Source of the DNA: Camelus dromedarius
Taxonomy: Eukaryota
DNA length: 64,000 nucleotides
Assembly (NCBI RefSeq): GCF_036321535.1
Contig: NC_087437.1
Span: 58,220,001 to 58,284,000, forward strand
Direction of reading: 5' to 3'
The position numbers and the translations under genes are program-made. The notes under the pieces were generated by a model that saw only the letters and a list, made by a program, of their open reading frames with translations, did not search any database and was not told where the DNA came from. The stretch's first letter is position 1. Every line of letters begins with the position of its first letter. Shown here piece after piece: positions 48,565 through 61,459 of this stretch.

Positions 48565-48800
48565 GAGTGTAATGGAGCTTGGATATCTGGGTTTGAAGCA
48601 TGACTCTACCAATTGCTAGCTTTGTGACTGTGGTCTCAGTTTCCTCCCCAATAACAGTACTAGTTACAGTCCTATAGTCTAACAATAACAGTACAGTACT
48701 TAACTGACAGAGTTGCCATGAAGATTAAGTAAATTAATCCAAGTAAAGCTCCCAGAACATTATCATAATAAATGTTAGCTATTTATCATTATTATATCAT
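48565..48800 (+). mobile_element. MIR SINE
   Basis: atctgggtttgaa..ctagctttgtgac..ctcagtttcctc..agagttgccatgaagattaa..ataaatgttagctatt. Confidence 0.8.
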
Positions 48801-49544
48801 CATCCTTCTCTTCCTTTTTAGAAAGAGAAATCTTTTTAAATCCCCCAATATAGACTAGTCATCTTATTGGACATTTGACCAGCTTTTTTTTTTTTCCTTC
48901 AAATTGAAGGTTGAGTTTCAACCAAATAACTTTGTATATAAGAAGCCATTTCAGGCACAGTAACACACCTGTTGAACTGTTGCACTGTGTTCCAGCACAC
49001 TGTGAAAGCAGAGAACTGGTCCTGGCTCATTAATCCAGGCAATATGTTTACAAACTCTAAAGCAAGGCATTGACTTATCTTCAACTAACAAAAACATTTA
49101 TTTAAAGGACTCAGGTGAGGAACAGCGCATGACAAATAAAAACTAGAGTAGCAGGCAGGCTAAGAAGTAAAAACCTAGGCAGATTCCTTGTCCTGTAGGA
49201 AAATCAACACTGGGAATCATAAGGAGAGTAGAGTGCTGAAGTTGGGGAAGAACGTGGATGTCAGGGCTCATTCCTGGAGCCCTGGGATTTGGGGTCAGTC
49301 CATGAGTTGGCTCCACCACACCCAGTCTCATGGATCACTGAAGAGCCCTCCACTTTCCCTCCAGACCTGGTCTCCTAGCTTCTCCTATGCTGAGAAGTGA
49401 TCAGTGTTGTGTTAGTTGGTGTGTGCATACCAAACACTGCAAGATTTTAGTGGCAGAAATGCACTAAATACAGATATTTGGCCAAATGTTAAAGCCAACA
49501 TAAAGTCAAATCCAAGGCTGAGGATGAATATAATATGATCATTA

Positions 49545-49650
49545 CAATGACCAACTTGTTCCTATGTGCCCCAGACTTGCCAGATTTGATCAAGTCCTGA
49601 GTTTAGGAATACCCTCAGTTGCAGGCAAACAGAGTATGCTGGTCACCCTT
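49545..49650. mobile_element. MER81/MER94-like hAT-Blackjack MITE
   Basis: tgaccaact..ccctcagttgcaggcaaac..gctggtcaccct terminus. Confidence 0.6.
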
Positions 49651-50621
49651 ACCTTCACAGAATGAATATCTGAGAATAAGAAAATCTGAACTATTATAGC
49701 ATTTTTAATTGTTTAAATTTTCTGCTTTCAAAATTTAAGAGTTTGACCTAGTGTGGGGATGATCATTTCTCAGCACTGCCACTTCTGAGTAGCACGTGTG
49801 GTCACTGAACTGCATTTTTGAGCTATGAACAGATCTTTACTTTGAACTAAAATGAGTGGAAGAACAAGGTCTTTTGGGATAACTTTGCTGGTACATGCAA
49901 CTGATCTACTGCATGGCAACCAAGATGTCCAACTTCCAATATTTTTTTGATGGTGATGTTAAGGTGAAGATTCTGTTCCTTTTAAATCCTGTGCTTCATA
50001 ATTTAGTCAATGATAATGATGCAATTGTGTTGACAAAAGCTCATAAACTGAATATTTCTCTATTTAGCTATTTGAAAAATCTTTAATTATTTTTTAAATG
50101 AATGTGTTGTTCACAATCAACATTAATTATTGCAGCATTTTACTCCAAATTCATAACTATATATTTATACTTACACTGATAGAATCTCAAAAACTAAAGC
50201 ATACAAGGAAATTTGAATCCTACTTACATCTAAAATGCTTACCCATATTTGAAAGTGAAAATTCTAACAAAAACAACAGCTGTAAGTGACATGCCCTGTT
50301 TTTGTTACTGATGTTACATCGGTTAGACATGAGGGTAACTTATGCAATCTCATGATCGTTGATCATATGTAATTTCAGAGATGTCAGGAGTGACACTACA
50401 GTTGGGTGTCCAGCTATTTGGCCTCTTAAAGGCTGAGACCAAAACCAAAGCTGAAGAGCAGATATTGGCTAAATTTGGAGGCCAAAGATCTATGCTGCTG
50501 CACTCCTATCTGGAGACCACTGAATACAAGCTAAGGAAGCTCTGGAACTGAATCCTACGAGCTTCTATCAACACCGGCAGCACTTGATTGCTTGTGGTGC
50601 TGCTTCTCCCATTGACCGGCC

Positions 50622-50647
50622 CACTCACTCACTCACTCACTCACTCA
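50622..50647. repeat. (CACT)n microsatellite
   Basis: Direct reading. Confidence 0.9.
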
Positions 50648-51094
50648 TATGATACCTGAGGGCAATCAATAAAGTAGCCCTAAGAACAAGGCTAAATGAG
50701 CCAAGGACATAGTGAGTGCAGATTCCCATGGCTCAAGAAGTCATAGGATTACCCAAGCATGCCAGGAGCAACACCCATGTAATGTCTGTCTGTGTGTTTG
50801 TGGAAAGCATGTTAGCAGACATTTGAACAAATCAGACAGGGTTCTCTATCAATGCAACAACTTAAGATTATTTGCAAAACTCATTCACTTATTGCTGGCC
50901 TTTTGAGCCAATATTTATGGAGCATTGAGCCCTGCTCACTTTCCTCTGTCTTCTTTTACCCCTCACATCTAGGTTCAAGGTGAGCCTTCATCTATACTCT
51001 CAGGGATGACCGTTTCCTTTAGGAGACAGGGCAGATGTGAACATCCCTGTCACTCACTCCCACACCCACACCCACCCAGTCCCAATGCATTTAT

Positions 51095-51665
51095 TTTCTT
51101 TCTCTTTTCTTTTTGAAAATATTGTGTTAAAATTTACGTAACATAAAATTGATGATTTTAACCATTTGTAAGCATATGGCTCAGTAACACAGTACAATCC
51201 CAATGCTGTGCAACCATCAACACCATCCTTCTCCAGCTGGAACTCTGTACCCATTAAACAAGAACTTCCAACTTCCCTCCTCGCTCCACTGTGGCACCTG
51301 GTAACCACCATTCTATTTTCTGTCTCTATGAATGTGACCATTCTAGGTATCTCATATAAGTGGAATCATATAGTATATATTTTTTTTCTGTAACTGGCTT
51401 ATCTCACTTAGAATACTATCTTCAAAATTCATCCATGTGGTTGCATGCATCAGAATTTCCTTTTTAAGACTGAATAGTACTCCATTGTATGCTTGTGTAC
51501 TACCTTTTGATTATCCATTCATCTGTGGATGGACACTGGGTTGCTTTTACATTTTGACAATTGTGAATAATACAATAAACATGGGTGTAGAAATACCTGT
51601 TTGAATCCCTGCTTTTAATTCTTTGGAGTGTATACACAGAAGTGGAACTGCTGGATCATATGATC
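51095..51665 (-). mobile_element. L1MB-type 3' UTR
   Basis: taacataaaatt..attttaaccattt; ctggtaaccaccattcta; ctcatataagtggaatcata; agaagtggaactgctggatcatatg. Confidence 0.92.
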
Positions 51666-53734
51666 CAACTCACTCTGGATGAAGCTTGGATTTGTAGGTT
51701 TTATCACAGAGTGTAAGATCCAAACGGAATTAGAGGGCTTCTGTTTTGCTCTGCCTCTTTTATGGGAGAATCTGCCACTCCCAGAAACAATTCAAGGATG
51801 TCCTTGCATACCTCAACTTCATCTCCTTTTATTTTCTCTATGATTGCTCAGCACTGATCCCCTCCACAGGACCAGGATTCTTTCAGAGACCAACCTTTCA
51901 TTCCCTAGACCTGTCTTTCTTTCAAGTTCCCCCCTCCAGAGTGGAGCCCCACCAATCCTGGCTTGGGTTGGTTTCATCCCTGAATCTGCAGGTGAGTTAG
52001 CAGCAATGGTGGACCTAAGGGCCTGCACCTTGGGTAACATCTTTGGGACTGTGTTGAAACCTTGTTGAAGCATTTACCTGAATTCACAATGCAACTTGCT
52101 GTCAAGGAAAGAATCCAGAACTCAGAGCAAGAGAAGATGAAATCAGTTTTCAGGACTGAGGTATGAGGCAAAACCAGATAAAAGAAATTATTCAAGAAAA
52201 AAAAAGAGAAATTATTTGAAGTTTCAGAAGCCAAGATCATCAGAAGCAGGTGAGTCAGTTGAGTGAATAAGGAGTTGAAACAAATAGTTCAAGACTATTA
52301 CAAAGTCAAGTCTTTTAGGGGTCTGGTTTTCTTGGACACTGTCCCTGAGGCTCAGCCTGGGTCATGCATCTGAGTGCAGGACCTTGCTTCTGCATCCCAT
52401 TCTGCTACTGAGGGTGGGGGAGTTTTACTGCTGTGAAAAAGAAGTGACAAGATGATTAGAAGATTGATTACTTCATTGTTCTGCCCTTTAAAAAAAACAC
52501 ATAGGCAAAGTCACACTTGAGATTATCATAATCAGTGGCAGATAAAATGGCATAATGAACTCACAACTTTCTCACTGGAGCTATAGAGGAACAAGAGATA
52601 TCATTCCATTGTATAAGAAACAGTACCCAGTTCAACTGCTGTTCTCTGCTGACAGAAATCCTGCTCAGAAAAGGAGCAGTCACTAGAGGGGAATCCCATC
52701 AATGCTCACCCAAGTGAGAAGACGCTACATCACGGGGAGGGAAAGAGCTAGAGAACACCAGATGTTTGTTAATTATTTTCAAATGAAATTGACTAGACTA
52801 AGTTTTAAACAAGGATAATCTGGGAGGGTAAAATAACATAGGTTCTTCTCTTGACCTTTGTAAGTAGGGGTAATAAATCCATCTAAGTACTCAGCACACT
52901 GCCTGTATATCTAGTCCTACCTCCAGTTATTAAACCCTTCCTTTGGCCGCAGGAATCATATTCAGTTTCTTTATATATAAGCTGTTCCTCATCTTAGCTC
53001 CTTCTTCTCGGCCTGCTCTGTTTGAATTTGGTGTAAAATGGCTTAGGACTTCCCACCTCAAGATTGACGGTGCCTCCAGGAATCTCAGAATTATTTGAAG
53101 CTGAAGGGCCTTAAAGGGAAACAAAACAAAACAAAACAAAAACCCCAGCAATTTTGACAGAAATTACCCTCTACTCTTTCTGGGATATAAGCTAATTCTG
53201 CAGAAGCATAGGCCTTCTTCTCTAAGGAGGAATAATCAGTAGAAGCACAGAACTTGGGCAAAATTAAAGCTGCAATTCAAAGGGAATGGACCACACAGGA
53301 GAGTAAGTGTTGCTCTCCACCTAAAACAGATGGATTAGAAGAAGTAAATACATTTAGAAACTTTCATTCATGTTCTCAACACAATTCAAAATGGTGCTCT
53401 ATCTCTAAAACAAACAACCCTAAGAGGAAACCACCTTGTATCAGGTAGAATAGCGTGGAGGCATAAATATGAGTTCCAAGTTGAAAAAAGTGATGAAAAC
53501 TGTAATATGATCCAGCTAAACATTGCATTTCTAAAGTATTAAGACCAATACAAGAATATTTTCTCTTGATTTCAAATATAGCAGGGTATGGCACTGAGTT
53601 CACGGGATATATTTTCCCTTACCAACTCTATTGACATAGTCCCAAAAGGTTAATATTCTTGATATATTAAACATATGCAGAAAACATGGGGAAAAGTAGC
53701 AAAACTGAAAAGGTACAACCAAAGAACAGCTTAC

Positions 53735-54200
53735 AGATACCTTAGCCTCTGAAAGCAGAGGTCGTAACAGGGCTTTCGTGCAAATAATTTATCTGGGGGA
53801 GAGGGATGAATCCAGGGGATGGACGTGAGGAACTGAGCAGATTGAAATATGGGAGGAGTAAAAGCCAATACATTGGTGTGTTGGGTTGGCCACCACCATG
53901 GGGGAATGGAGGCTCAATCCCACTGGGATGTGCTTAGGAGCACAGAGAATGTTCAGAATCCTCCCCCTCCAGGGATGGTCAGGGAGACGCATCTACTCAC
54001 TGTCAGCCATATCCCATTGGCTGAAAGTTGTCCCAGGGCTGCAAACTCCCCAGCGCTTCTGAGCTGGGCAGGCCTGCTTGCAGAGTGGAGTCCCACCACG
54101 ACCCTACTTCACTCTGGGAGGAGTCTTGGCACCAGGAACCCAGCAGGCATTGAATGCCAAGTGAGGCACCTGCCTGGAACTGCCATGTCCTAAATCAGGG
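53735..54200 (-). mobile_element. ERVL LTR (LTR33/LTR16-like)
   Basis: gtgcaaataatttatctggg; aaagccaata; ggctcaatcccactggg; cccattggctga..gttg.cccaggg. Confidence 0.65.
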
Positions 54201-54424
54201 TGAGACTGAAAGTCATCTGCACCTGAAAGTGTTCACCTTCAGGACTAATCAAAGGAATACAAATCACCGCAACCCTGACTTTTCCTCTAATAAATTTAAA
54301 GTGATTTTTAAAATGATAATTCTTAATGTTTTAAGGAGGTAGTGAGAGAGGAAACTCCCCCTCACCCACTGCTAATAGAAGAATATTTTATAAACTTTCT
54401 AGGACCAAATTTAATGTTACAGAT

Positions 54425-54812
54425 TTTTATGGGCTGAAGTGAGTTCCCCTCAAATTCATATGTTGAAGCGCCAACCCCCAGTACGACTGAATTTGGAGAC
54501 AGGGATTTAAAGAGATGGTTAAGTTAAAATGAGGTCATTGGGATGGGCCCTCGTCCAATCTGACTGTTGTCATTGTAAGAAGAGGAAATTTGGGCACACA
54601 AAGAGACACCAGGGATGGACACGGAGGAAAAATCATGTGAAGACACAGGGAGAAGGTAGCCATCTGCAAACAAGGAGGAGACCACAGAAGAAACTAAACC
54701 TATCAACACCCTGATCTTGGACTTCCAGCCTCCAGAACAGTGAGAAAACAAACGTCTGTTGTTTAAGCCGCCCAGTCTGTGGTATTTATGGCAGCCCTAG
54801 AGAACAAATACA
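54425..54812 (+). mobile_element. Complete MLT1A/B-type MaLR solo LTR
   Basis: tatgggctgaa..caaattcatatgttgaag..gatcttggacttccagcctccagaac.gtgaga..aataca; 5-bp TSD cagat/tagat. Confidence 0.92.
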
Positions 54813-54959
54813 TAGATCATGAATTTTAGAAATATCTTCATGCACTGTGACCACTACAGATGGTTCATTACAATAACCATTTTTTCCTCCTTCTTTACTA
54901 ATAGAACTCAGTGTTTTTGTTTGTTTCTGTTCGTTTTGTTCTTTGGAGAGTACAGCGAT

Positions 54960-55550
54960 CTGCCATCACGCAGACCATGATTAGTCTAAGCCAATTCTTA
55001 AAATCCCATTCCTTGTTTCCCAGCATCCCTTGTAAGTAGGGTTGACCACATGACCAGTTCTGGCCAGTGGGATCTATGGAAAGTCTGCAGTGGGCTTTCT
55101 GAGAAAGCTTTTGCTTTCCTGATAGGAGAAGAGAGAGGGAGGCGGTATGTGTGTGGCTCATTTCTTCTGCTTTCTGCCTCAGACGCAAATATGATGTGGT
55201 ACCTGTTTTTGCAAAGCCCCAGACTTACCGTCTACTAGCTTGGTAATTCCAGAGCATCAGAGGGCTTTTTGTCTAATGGTTTTTGACACATGCCCTTGAA
55301 ACTAGGATTTCACTGGCCTTGATTGGGTGACATGCAGGTAACTGAACCAATCATGAAGACCAGAGGGATGAAATATTCTGATGGACTGGAAGTGAACTAT
55401 GCTCTGACCTCTGGAGTGTGGGGTTGATAGCAACCTTATCAAAAGCACATGAATTGAAGGTGGGGCGGGATAGTCACCCAAAGGGAAGTCAGGGTGCTAT
55501 ACCTGAAGTTGGAGGAATGGATGCTGATCAGGCAAAAAACACCTACACCT
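54960..55550. mobile_element. Two old MLT1-family LTR fragments in opposite orientation
   Basis: ccacatgaccagttctggccagtg.. (54960-55200); gaaccaatca..ccagagggatg..ggaatggatgctg (55300-55550). Confidence 0.65.
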
Positions 55551-55554
55551 GAGT

Positions 55555-55866
55555 AGCTCCTTCTTGTTCTTCAGGGGTCAAATTGGCCATTATTTCCACC
55601 ATGAAGTTCTCTTAGCCATCCCTGTGTCATCAATTTTACACTAGTTCCCCCTATTCGTTCTTCCCAGACCTTCTTGTCACATCACCTTTAGATTGTATTG
55701 CAATCTCCTATTTGTTTTTTTAAATTCCTCATTAGACTACAAATTCCATCAAGCAGGGAATTTGATTCTTATTCACCAATGCAGGTCCAGTGTCTGTCAG
55801 AGGCTCTAGCACATAAAATACACTTGATAAATATTTGCTGAACAAGGGAATGAATGAATGAATGAA
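55555..55866 (+). mobile_element. L2 LINE 3' end
   Basis: attagactacaaattccat..gcaggg..ataaatatttgctgaa..(tgaa)n. Confidence 0.85.
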
Positions 55867-56904
55867 AATGCACATCATGGGAGACAAGCATAACCGAGAA
55901 TGCTTTCAAGCACGTGAACATGATAGGTACTGTAGAGGGAATAGGTACCTTTGTCCCCTCCTACCATGGCCATATCCTTGTTAACTCTGAGGGAGAAAGA
56001 GCTGATCCACTGATCAGAATCCAGGACATTCACTGGGCTACGTTTATCAATTGTCCTTAAAGATGAGCAACTCTGACTGTTGCTCTCTCTTCCCTTTGCT
56101 GATATAAATAGTCTGCATCTTTGATACAGGCCTAACCAGGTTCTTTTCCTCTTCATCATCCACTTGAAATCTGCAACAGAGTGGTGAGTTATGTTAGGGG
56201 TTGCCTTACAGATCTTTCTCCCTGAAGGTAAATGCTGATCTCAGAATTTAGAGGGAAGCAAAGAATCAGATGCCCGATTCTTATCTCAAAGTAGAACCCA
56301 GGCACTCCAGTATGGCTTACAAGATGGCCATGAATGGGCCACATATCTCCTAAGGAAGCAATATTTTGTTTTCCATCTGCTTATGTGCTTTGAACCTAGT
56401 TTCCTCTTTGGGGAACCCTATAGTTGGAAGTGGTCATGATGAAAATAGGTTTTGGGTGGTTCTTTATTTGGGGATGTAATGAGCATCACAAATACCCACC
56501 AACCTCACACTGATCCCTAAGAGGTACCAGCTCACACAGCATCTCCATTTCATCACATAACCCCTCAAAGCAGCACGAATGAGATTCTTCACTGAGCAGA
56601 AAAGTCTCAACCAGAAGGATCTGGCCTGGAAAAGAGATTGTCTAATTCTTACAAGGCACTAGTTAGTCTCAGTTTTATACCAGTGGTGCCCAGTACAGTG
56701 TTTTTCATAAGAACGCTGAGTCTACTTCCATTAAAATACAGAGAAGAATGTGGAAATCAACCTTCACAGAGATAACAGATAAAATTTTGGGGAGTGGCTT
56801 TAATATTTTGAACATGATTTTTGGTACAGCTTCAGTGAAACTTGCTTAAGCAACTTCCAAGTACAGACTGATGACATTGAAAATTTTTTGGAGCCTAATA
56901 TCCA

Positions 56905-57410
56905 TCAATTGATTAATTCAACAAATATTTACTGAGCACTTACAATGTACCAGGCCTTTGCTAAAAAATTAATAAGATATAAAATACTGTTGTCAGGTTG
57001 CAAAATAAGTAAGCCATTATCCCAAACCTGAAGGCACTGATATTCAGGTGGAGGAGAAAGACACTGAAACAAGTAGCTACGATATGATGTGATTCTGGGA
57101 AATACACTTAACATTTGCCTCCATCAGGATCGCCTTGCCTTACAAAATCCTGCAAATCCTTTAAGGCCAGTTCAAATCCTGCTTCCTTCAAGAATCCTCA
57201 AGTGTTCTGTTCAGCCAAAATAGATCTTCCTTTCATCTCTCTCTTCCTCCAGTGTCTGTATTAACTATTATTTATGTTGTATCTCTTTCCTCCATTTGAT
57301 TTTAACATCTTAAAGGACAGAAGCTTAACCTTAGCCATTTTTTGTATTCTCCAATTTGGCCAGTACAGTACTTTTCATGTAGTAAACACTGAGTATTTGT
57401 AAAATTGAAA
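56905..57410. mobile_element. Two L2 3' fragments (minus ~56905-57100, plus ~57140-57410)
   Basis: attcaacaaatatttactgagcacttac..gtaccaggc; ccttt.aaggccagttcaaat..ttaaaggacag..tatttg. Confidence 0.7.
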
Positions 57411-57797
57411 TAAACTTTATTACATTAATCAGTTTCATTCTCATGGAGTTTCCAAATACATAGGTCTTCTGTTTGAGAAAGAAAGGGCAACAGATGCCAT
57501 GTATTTCTACTTATTAATCTTAATTTTGGTGAGAAATTATTTGCTTGGACTCTAAGAAAAGTATATGAAGATTTTAATTGTAACATTATAATAAGTGTAT
57601 GTTGTTTCCATTAAAAATAAATATAGAATTATTAGACATTTGTTGTTACCTGAAATTTGGAAAAAGAATGGATTATTCTGCACTGCATAGAAGTTGGATC
57701 AAATTATTCTCTAATGGTACTAAACAATATTTCTACCAATTATTTATTATTTATTGCATTTGGGAAAGTTTAGGTAGATAGTGTAGAAAAACAAGAA

Positions 57798-58435
57798 TGT
57801 TAGAGATCATGGGAGACTAGAGGATGCTCATGTCCCAGGTCTTGGGCAAGTCCCTGGGACACATCCTGCCAAGTGAGGTCCTTGGCTTCCAGCAGGTGCA
57901 GGAAAGAATTCAAGAGCAAGCCATAGTAAAGCGAAAGCAAGTTTATCCATACTCAATGGACAGAGTGCTACCATCGCAGGAGGCAAGGGAGGAGGCTCCG
58001 GGAGATGGGGTCATCTTGGAAGGTGAGAGTGGTCCTGGGAGATGCACGTTCCATAGGCAGAATGTGGCCATCTCAAACAGCGAAAGGCCTCGAGGTGCAG
58101 GGGCATTTGGTGTTTATGGGCGCAGTAATTTCACATGCTAACAAGTGGGAGGACTATTTCAACTGGTTTGGAGAAGGGGCAGGGATTTCCCAGAATTGGG
58201 CCACCATACAGCTCACAGCCTTTCATTGCCAGCCTCAGAACTGTCATGGCAACCATGGGCATGTCATTTAGCGTGCTAATATATTACAATGAGCGTATAA
58301 TGAAGCTCAACGTCCCCTGGAAGTCAAATCCTCCACCATCCTGGGTTTATTTCATTCTAACCAGTTTATGTCCTGTCCTCAATTGCTGTGTCGTTTTTTC
58401 AATGGTTGTGCCCTGCCTCCTTCCCTCTTATCTCA
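57798..58435 (-). mobile_element. MER41-like ERV1 solo LTR
   Basis: TG..CA termini; 4-bp flanks agaa/ataa; aactgtcatggc..catgtcatttagc.tgctaatatattacaatgagcgtataatga; homologous to 19185-19310. Confidence 0.85.
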
Positions 58436-60211
58436 ATAAGAGTTGAGATTATGGAAAGTAAAGTTGGAGAGATAGGGTTGGGTGAGAGTCATCAGAGAGA
58501 CTTGAATGAGAGGAAGACTTTAGCACTCCATGGAATATTTAATGGGGCCATTGCAACTTCTTTGTGAAAGCACTAGCTGACTGTGCTGATGGCCCTTTAA
58601 TGTCACCTTTCTGGGCCTTAGTTTAAAGTGAGGTTTAGCTTGAGACAGTTCCATGAAGGAGTCTAAAAGTTTTTTTTTTAAAATCTAAATTAATAGTTTT
58701 TTTTTTTTTAATAAAATGGTAAAAGTATGTTTGGGGGAAACAAAAAGCTATAAAATGAGTTAGAGAAGAGAGCTAAGCTGGTGACAGGAAGTTCATTTAG
58801 GAGCAGCTGTTTTTGCTTCAGTAAGAGGAGGTGAAAAGAGAGAAAGGAAGGAAGGACAAGGGACAGGAAGTGGGAATCACAGGCAATGGAAGCTGCTCCA
58901 TTTGCTGGTGCATCCTGTTACCTCTGAAAGCCTCTTCATTTCCCAATGATTCATTATGTTTTGAGATTTCTTTGGACTTCATTTTCCATTTGTTATTACT
59001 GATTACAATAATAAAGCACGTTAGCACCCTCACCATGTGTTAAGGCCTTGAAAACAAACGTAAATGACGAAGATGTTTCTTCCTTGAAAAATTCTTTGTG
59101 ATTTTAATTTTTCAAGCACTCATGAAATATATCTGAAAGGGTTGGTGATTAAGATAATTTAGTGGTATTGTTTTCTGCCATGCTCCCTTGGATATTGAGC
59201 ATACTTTGTCGTGGAAATGGGCTATTCAGAGTACTGAGGTGTGAAAGATTTCTTTAGTACTTTGCAACAGTTTCCACACAATGGCTGAAAAATGTTCACT
59301 TGTGCCCAAGCCAAAGGCTTTTAAACTATCACCCAGAAAAGCAAACTTGTGGTGTAAAATAATACCTGGCTTCATGACTTACTTTCTGCTTTTTCTTGAT
59401 CACAAAAGTGGATCATCCTCTTTGTTGACTCTTTTACTAATTAGGGAATCTTACTTTCTAATAAAAGAGAGGCCATAGGGACTGAAATTTTCTTACAGTA
59501 TTTTGTAAATTTCATCTTTTAGTGCCAAGTGGAATTAACTTGCTAGAAATGTCTGAACTAAAGTTCATTTGAGGTAGCATTTTGGGGTTTACTTTATTTT
59601 ATTCCCTTCCCTAGTTTTCAGAAAACAAAAGATATTGAAATATATAAATAAAAGGAGAATATTCAAAACAGCAACAACAGCTACAAAAAAAAAACAACCA
59701 GCTGCATTCAATTTTGGAATTAGGATTTTTAAAAAAGACAAGCTGTTAAATTCTGGTTGCTCTTCTAGTACAGTATGTTGAGAAGTGAATGGAGTTTCTG
59801 GTTATTAAATCCAGAGCTGAAATTATTTTCAAATAAAATTATTGTTTCACTCTTCACAGTCTACTGAAAACAGGCTTGAAGATGAACATTTCCCAGGTGC
59901 AGAAGGTAAAATGATAATATTTGATAAAACATGACCTTGAGAAGTATCTACACAGAAGATATTTGTTTGCAATTAAGAATTCCTAATTTTACACCAATAT
60001 TTTCCCCCCAGCAGATAGCTTTTGCCTGGGTTCATGGAATAGCCCTCTGCCACTTTCCAAGAATTGTTAATGAGTCAACTGAAGCACACAAACTGTGTTG
60101 TGACAGAATGGTGTAACTTAAGGTATAGATTCAACAAATCATAGACTTGGGCATTTCAAGATTCTATGGTCCATTGCTAACTCATCCATTCCAAAGCTAG
60201 TGCTGTCTTGG

Positions 60212-60775
60212 TGTTTTCAAAGGCAAGTTTATGTGCCCGACACACAGGGAGGACAAACAAACTGAATTGTCAGTTTGAAGCAGAGAAAGGTTTATTGAAG
60301 GACCAAGCAAGGGAGAACAGGTAGCTTGTGCTCAAAAGATCTGAACTCTACAATGGTTTTTAGGGAGAAGTTTTTATAGGAAAAATTTGGGGTGAGAGCT
60401 GCAGGTTGTGTGACTTTCTTCTGATTGGTTGGTGGTGAAGTGACAGGGCGGTACTCCAGGAATCTTGTGCTCAGCCTGAAGTTCCCATCCTCCACCAGAG
60501 CAGGGCTCTTAGCTCTGTCAGAAGACCTCAAAGATGTTATTTACATCCCTTGAGGAGGAGGCAGGACCCTGCCCCAACGCTGCACTGTTATTTCTTGACT
60601 GCTCTTCCTTTGTTTCTGCATTCCCTCACTTCCCTGATTAGCAACTGTTTGAATCGGCCTTTTGGTACTTAGAGAAGGTCTAGGAGGCTAAAGACTTTTT
60701 CCTACAAATAAAACACAGGGAACACAGAAAGGCTTTTGTACCCAGGAGGGCCCCACAGGGTCCTGGTCAGTTTCA
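60212..60775 (-). mobile_element. ERV1 solo LTR
   Basis: TG..CA termini; 4-bp flanks ttgg/ctgg; minus-strand CCAAT, TATAAAAA and AATAAA in LTR order. Confidence 0.88.
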
Positions 60776-60979
60776 CTGGAATTCATGGAAATTTGCTTTT
60801 CTGAAATCAGCTTTTAAAAATCTTCCAGTATATTAATTTTTCAACAATAAAAGCAGTCCCAGGTCCCATTCCCTTTGGCTTTCATACATTTTTCCTTTTT
60901 CTGAATCTCCTATTTCTCTAAAAATGACAAGTATTTTAATAAATTTTCTTATAATTCTCCTGCCAGCTCTTCTAATCCC

Positions 60980-61459
60980 TGTCAGCTGAAATAAACGCGC
61001 AGCCTAAAAGTTGAGAGTTATGGTTTATTTGGCGGGAAGATTCTAGCCAGGATGACAGCCTCTCAGATCGCTCTGAGGGACTGCTCCGAAGAGGCAGGGG
61101 AGGAGCTAGGATATACAGGAGCTTTACAACAAAGACCAGGTAGTTGGAACAATAAAAGACTACTTGTTATCTAAAGAAAACCAGGCATCTCAAGTTAAAG
61201 AATTTAGTGCTTTTCTTTGTATGGGAGGAAGGAAACACTTGGGCTCATTGAATTCATTCCTTTGACTAGCACCTAGTTATCTAGGGCCAGTATCCTGTCC
61301 TTTATTATTCTGAGTCCCCTCAGGGTGCACCGTTGTGAGTGGCTGCAGAGGCCGGGCTGCAGGCTTGTCTTCACTGGGAGGGTGATGGCAGCGGCTGATG
61401 ACTTGATGGCTTCAGCATTCTTTGTTTACTGATACGGCTTGTGGTATTTTTCGTCCACA
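60980..61459 (-). mobile_element. Relatively young ERV1 solo LTR
   Basis: TG..CA termini; 4-bp flanks tccc/tcct; minus-strand AATAAA near 61025-61030; about 10 CpGs retained. Confidence 0.88.
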
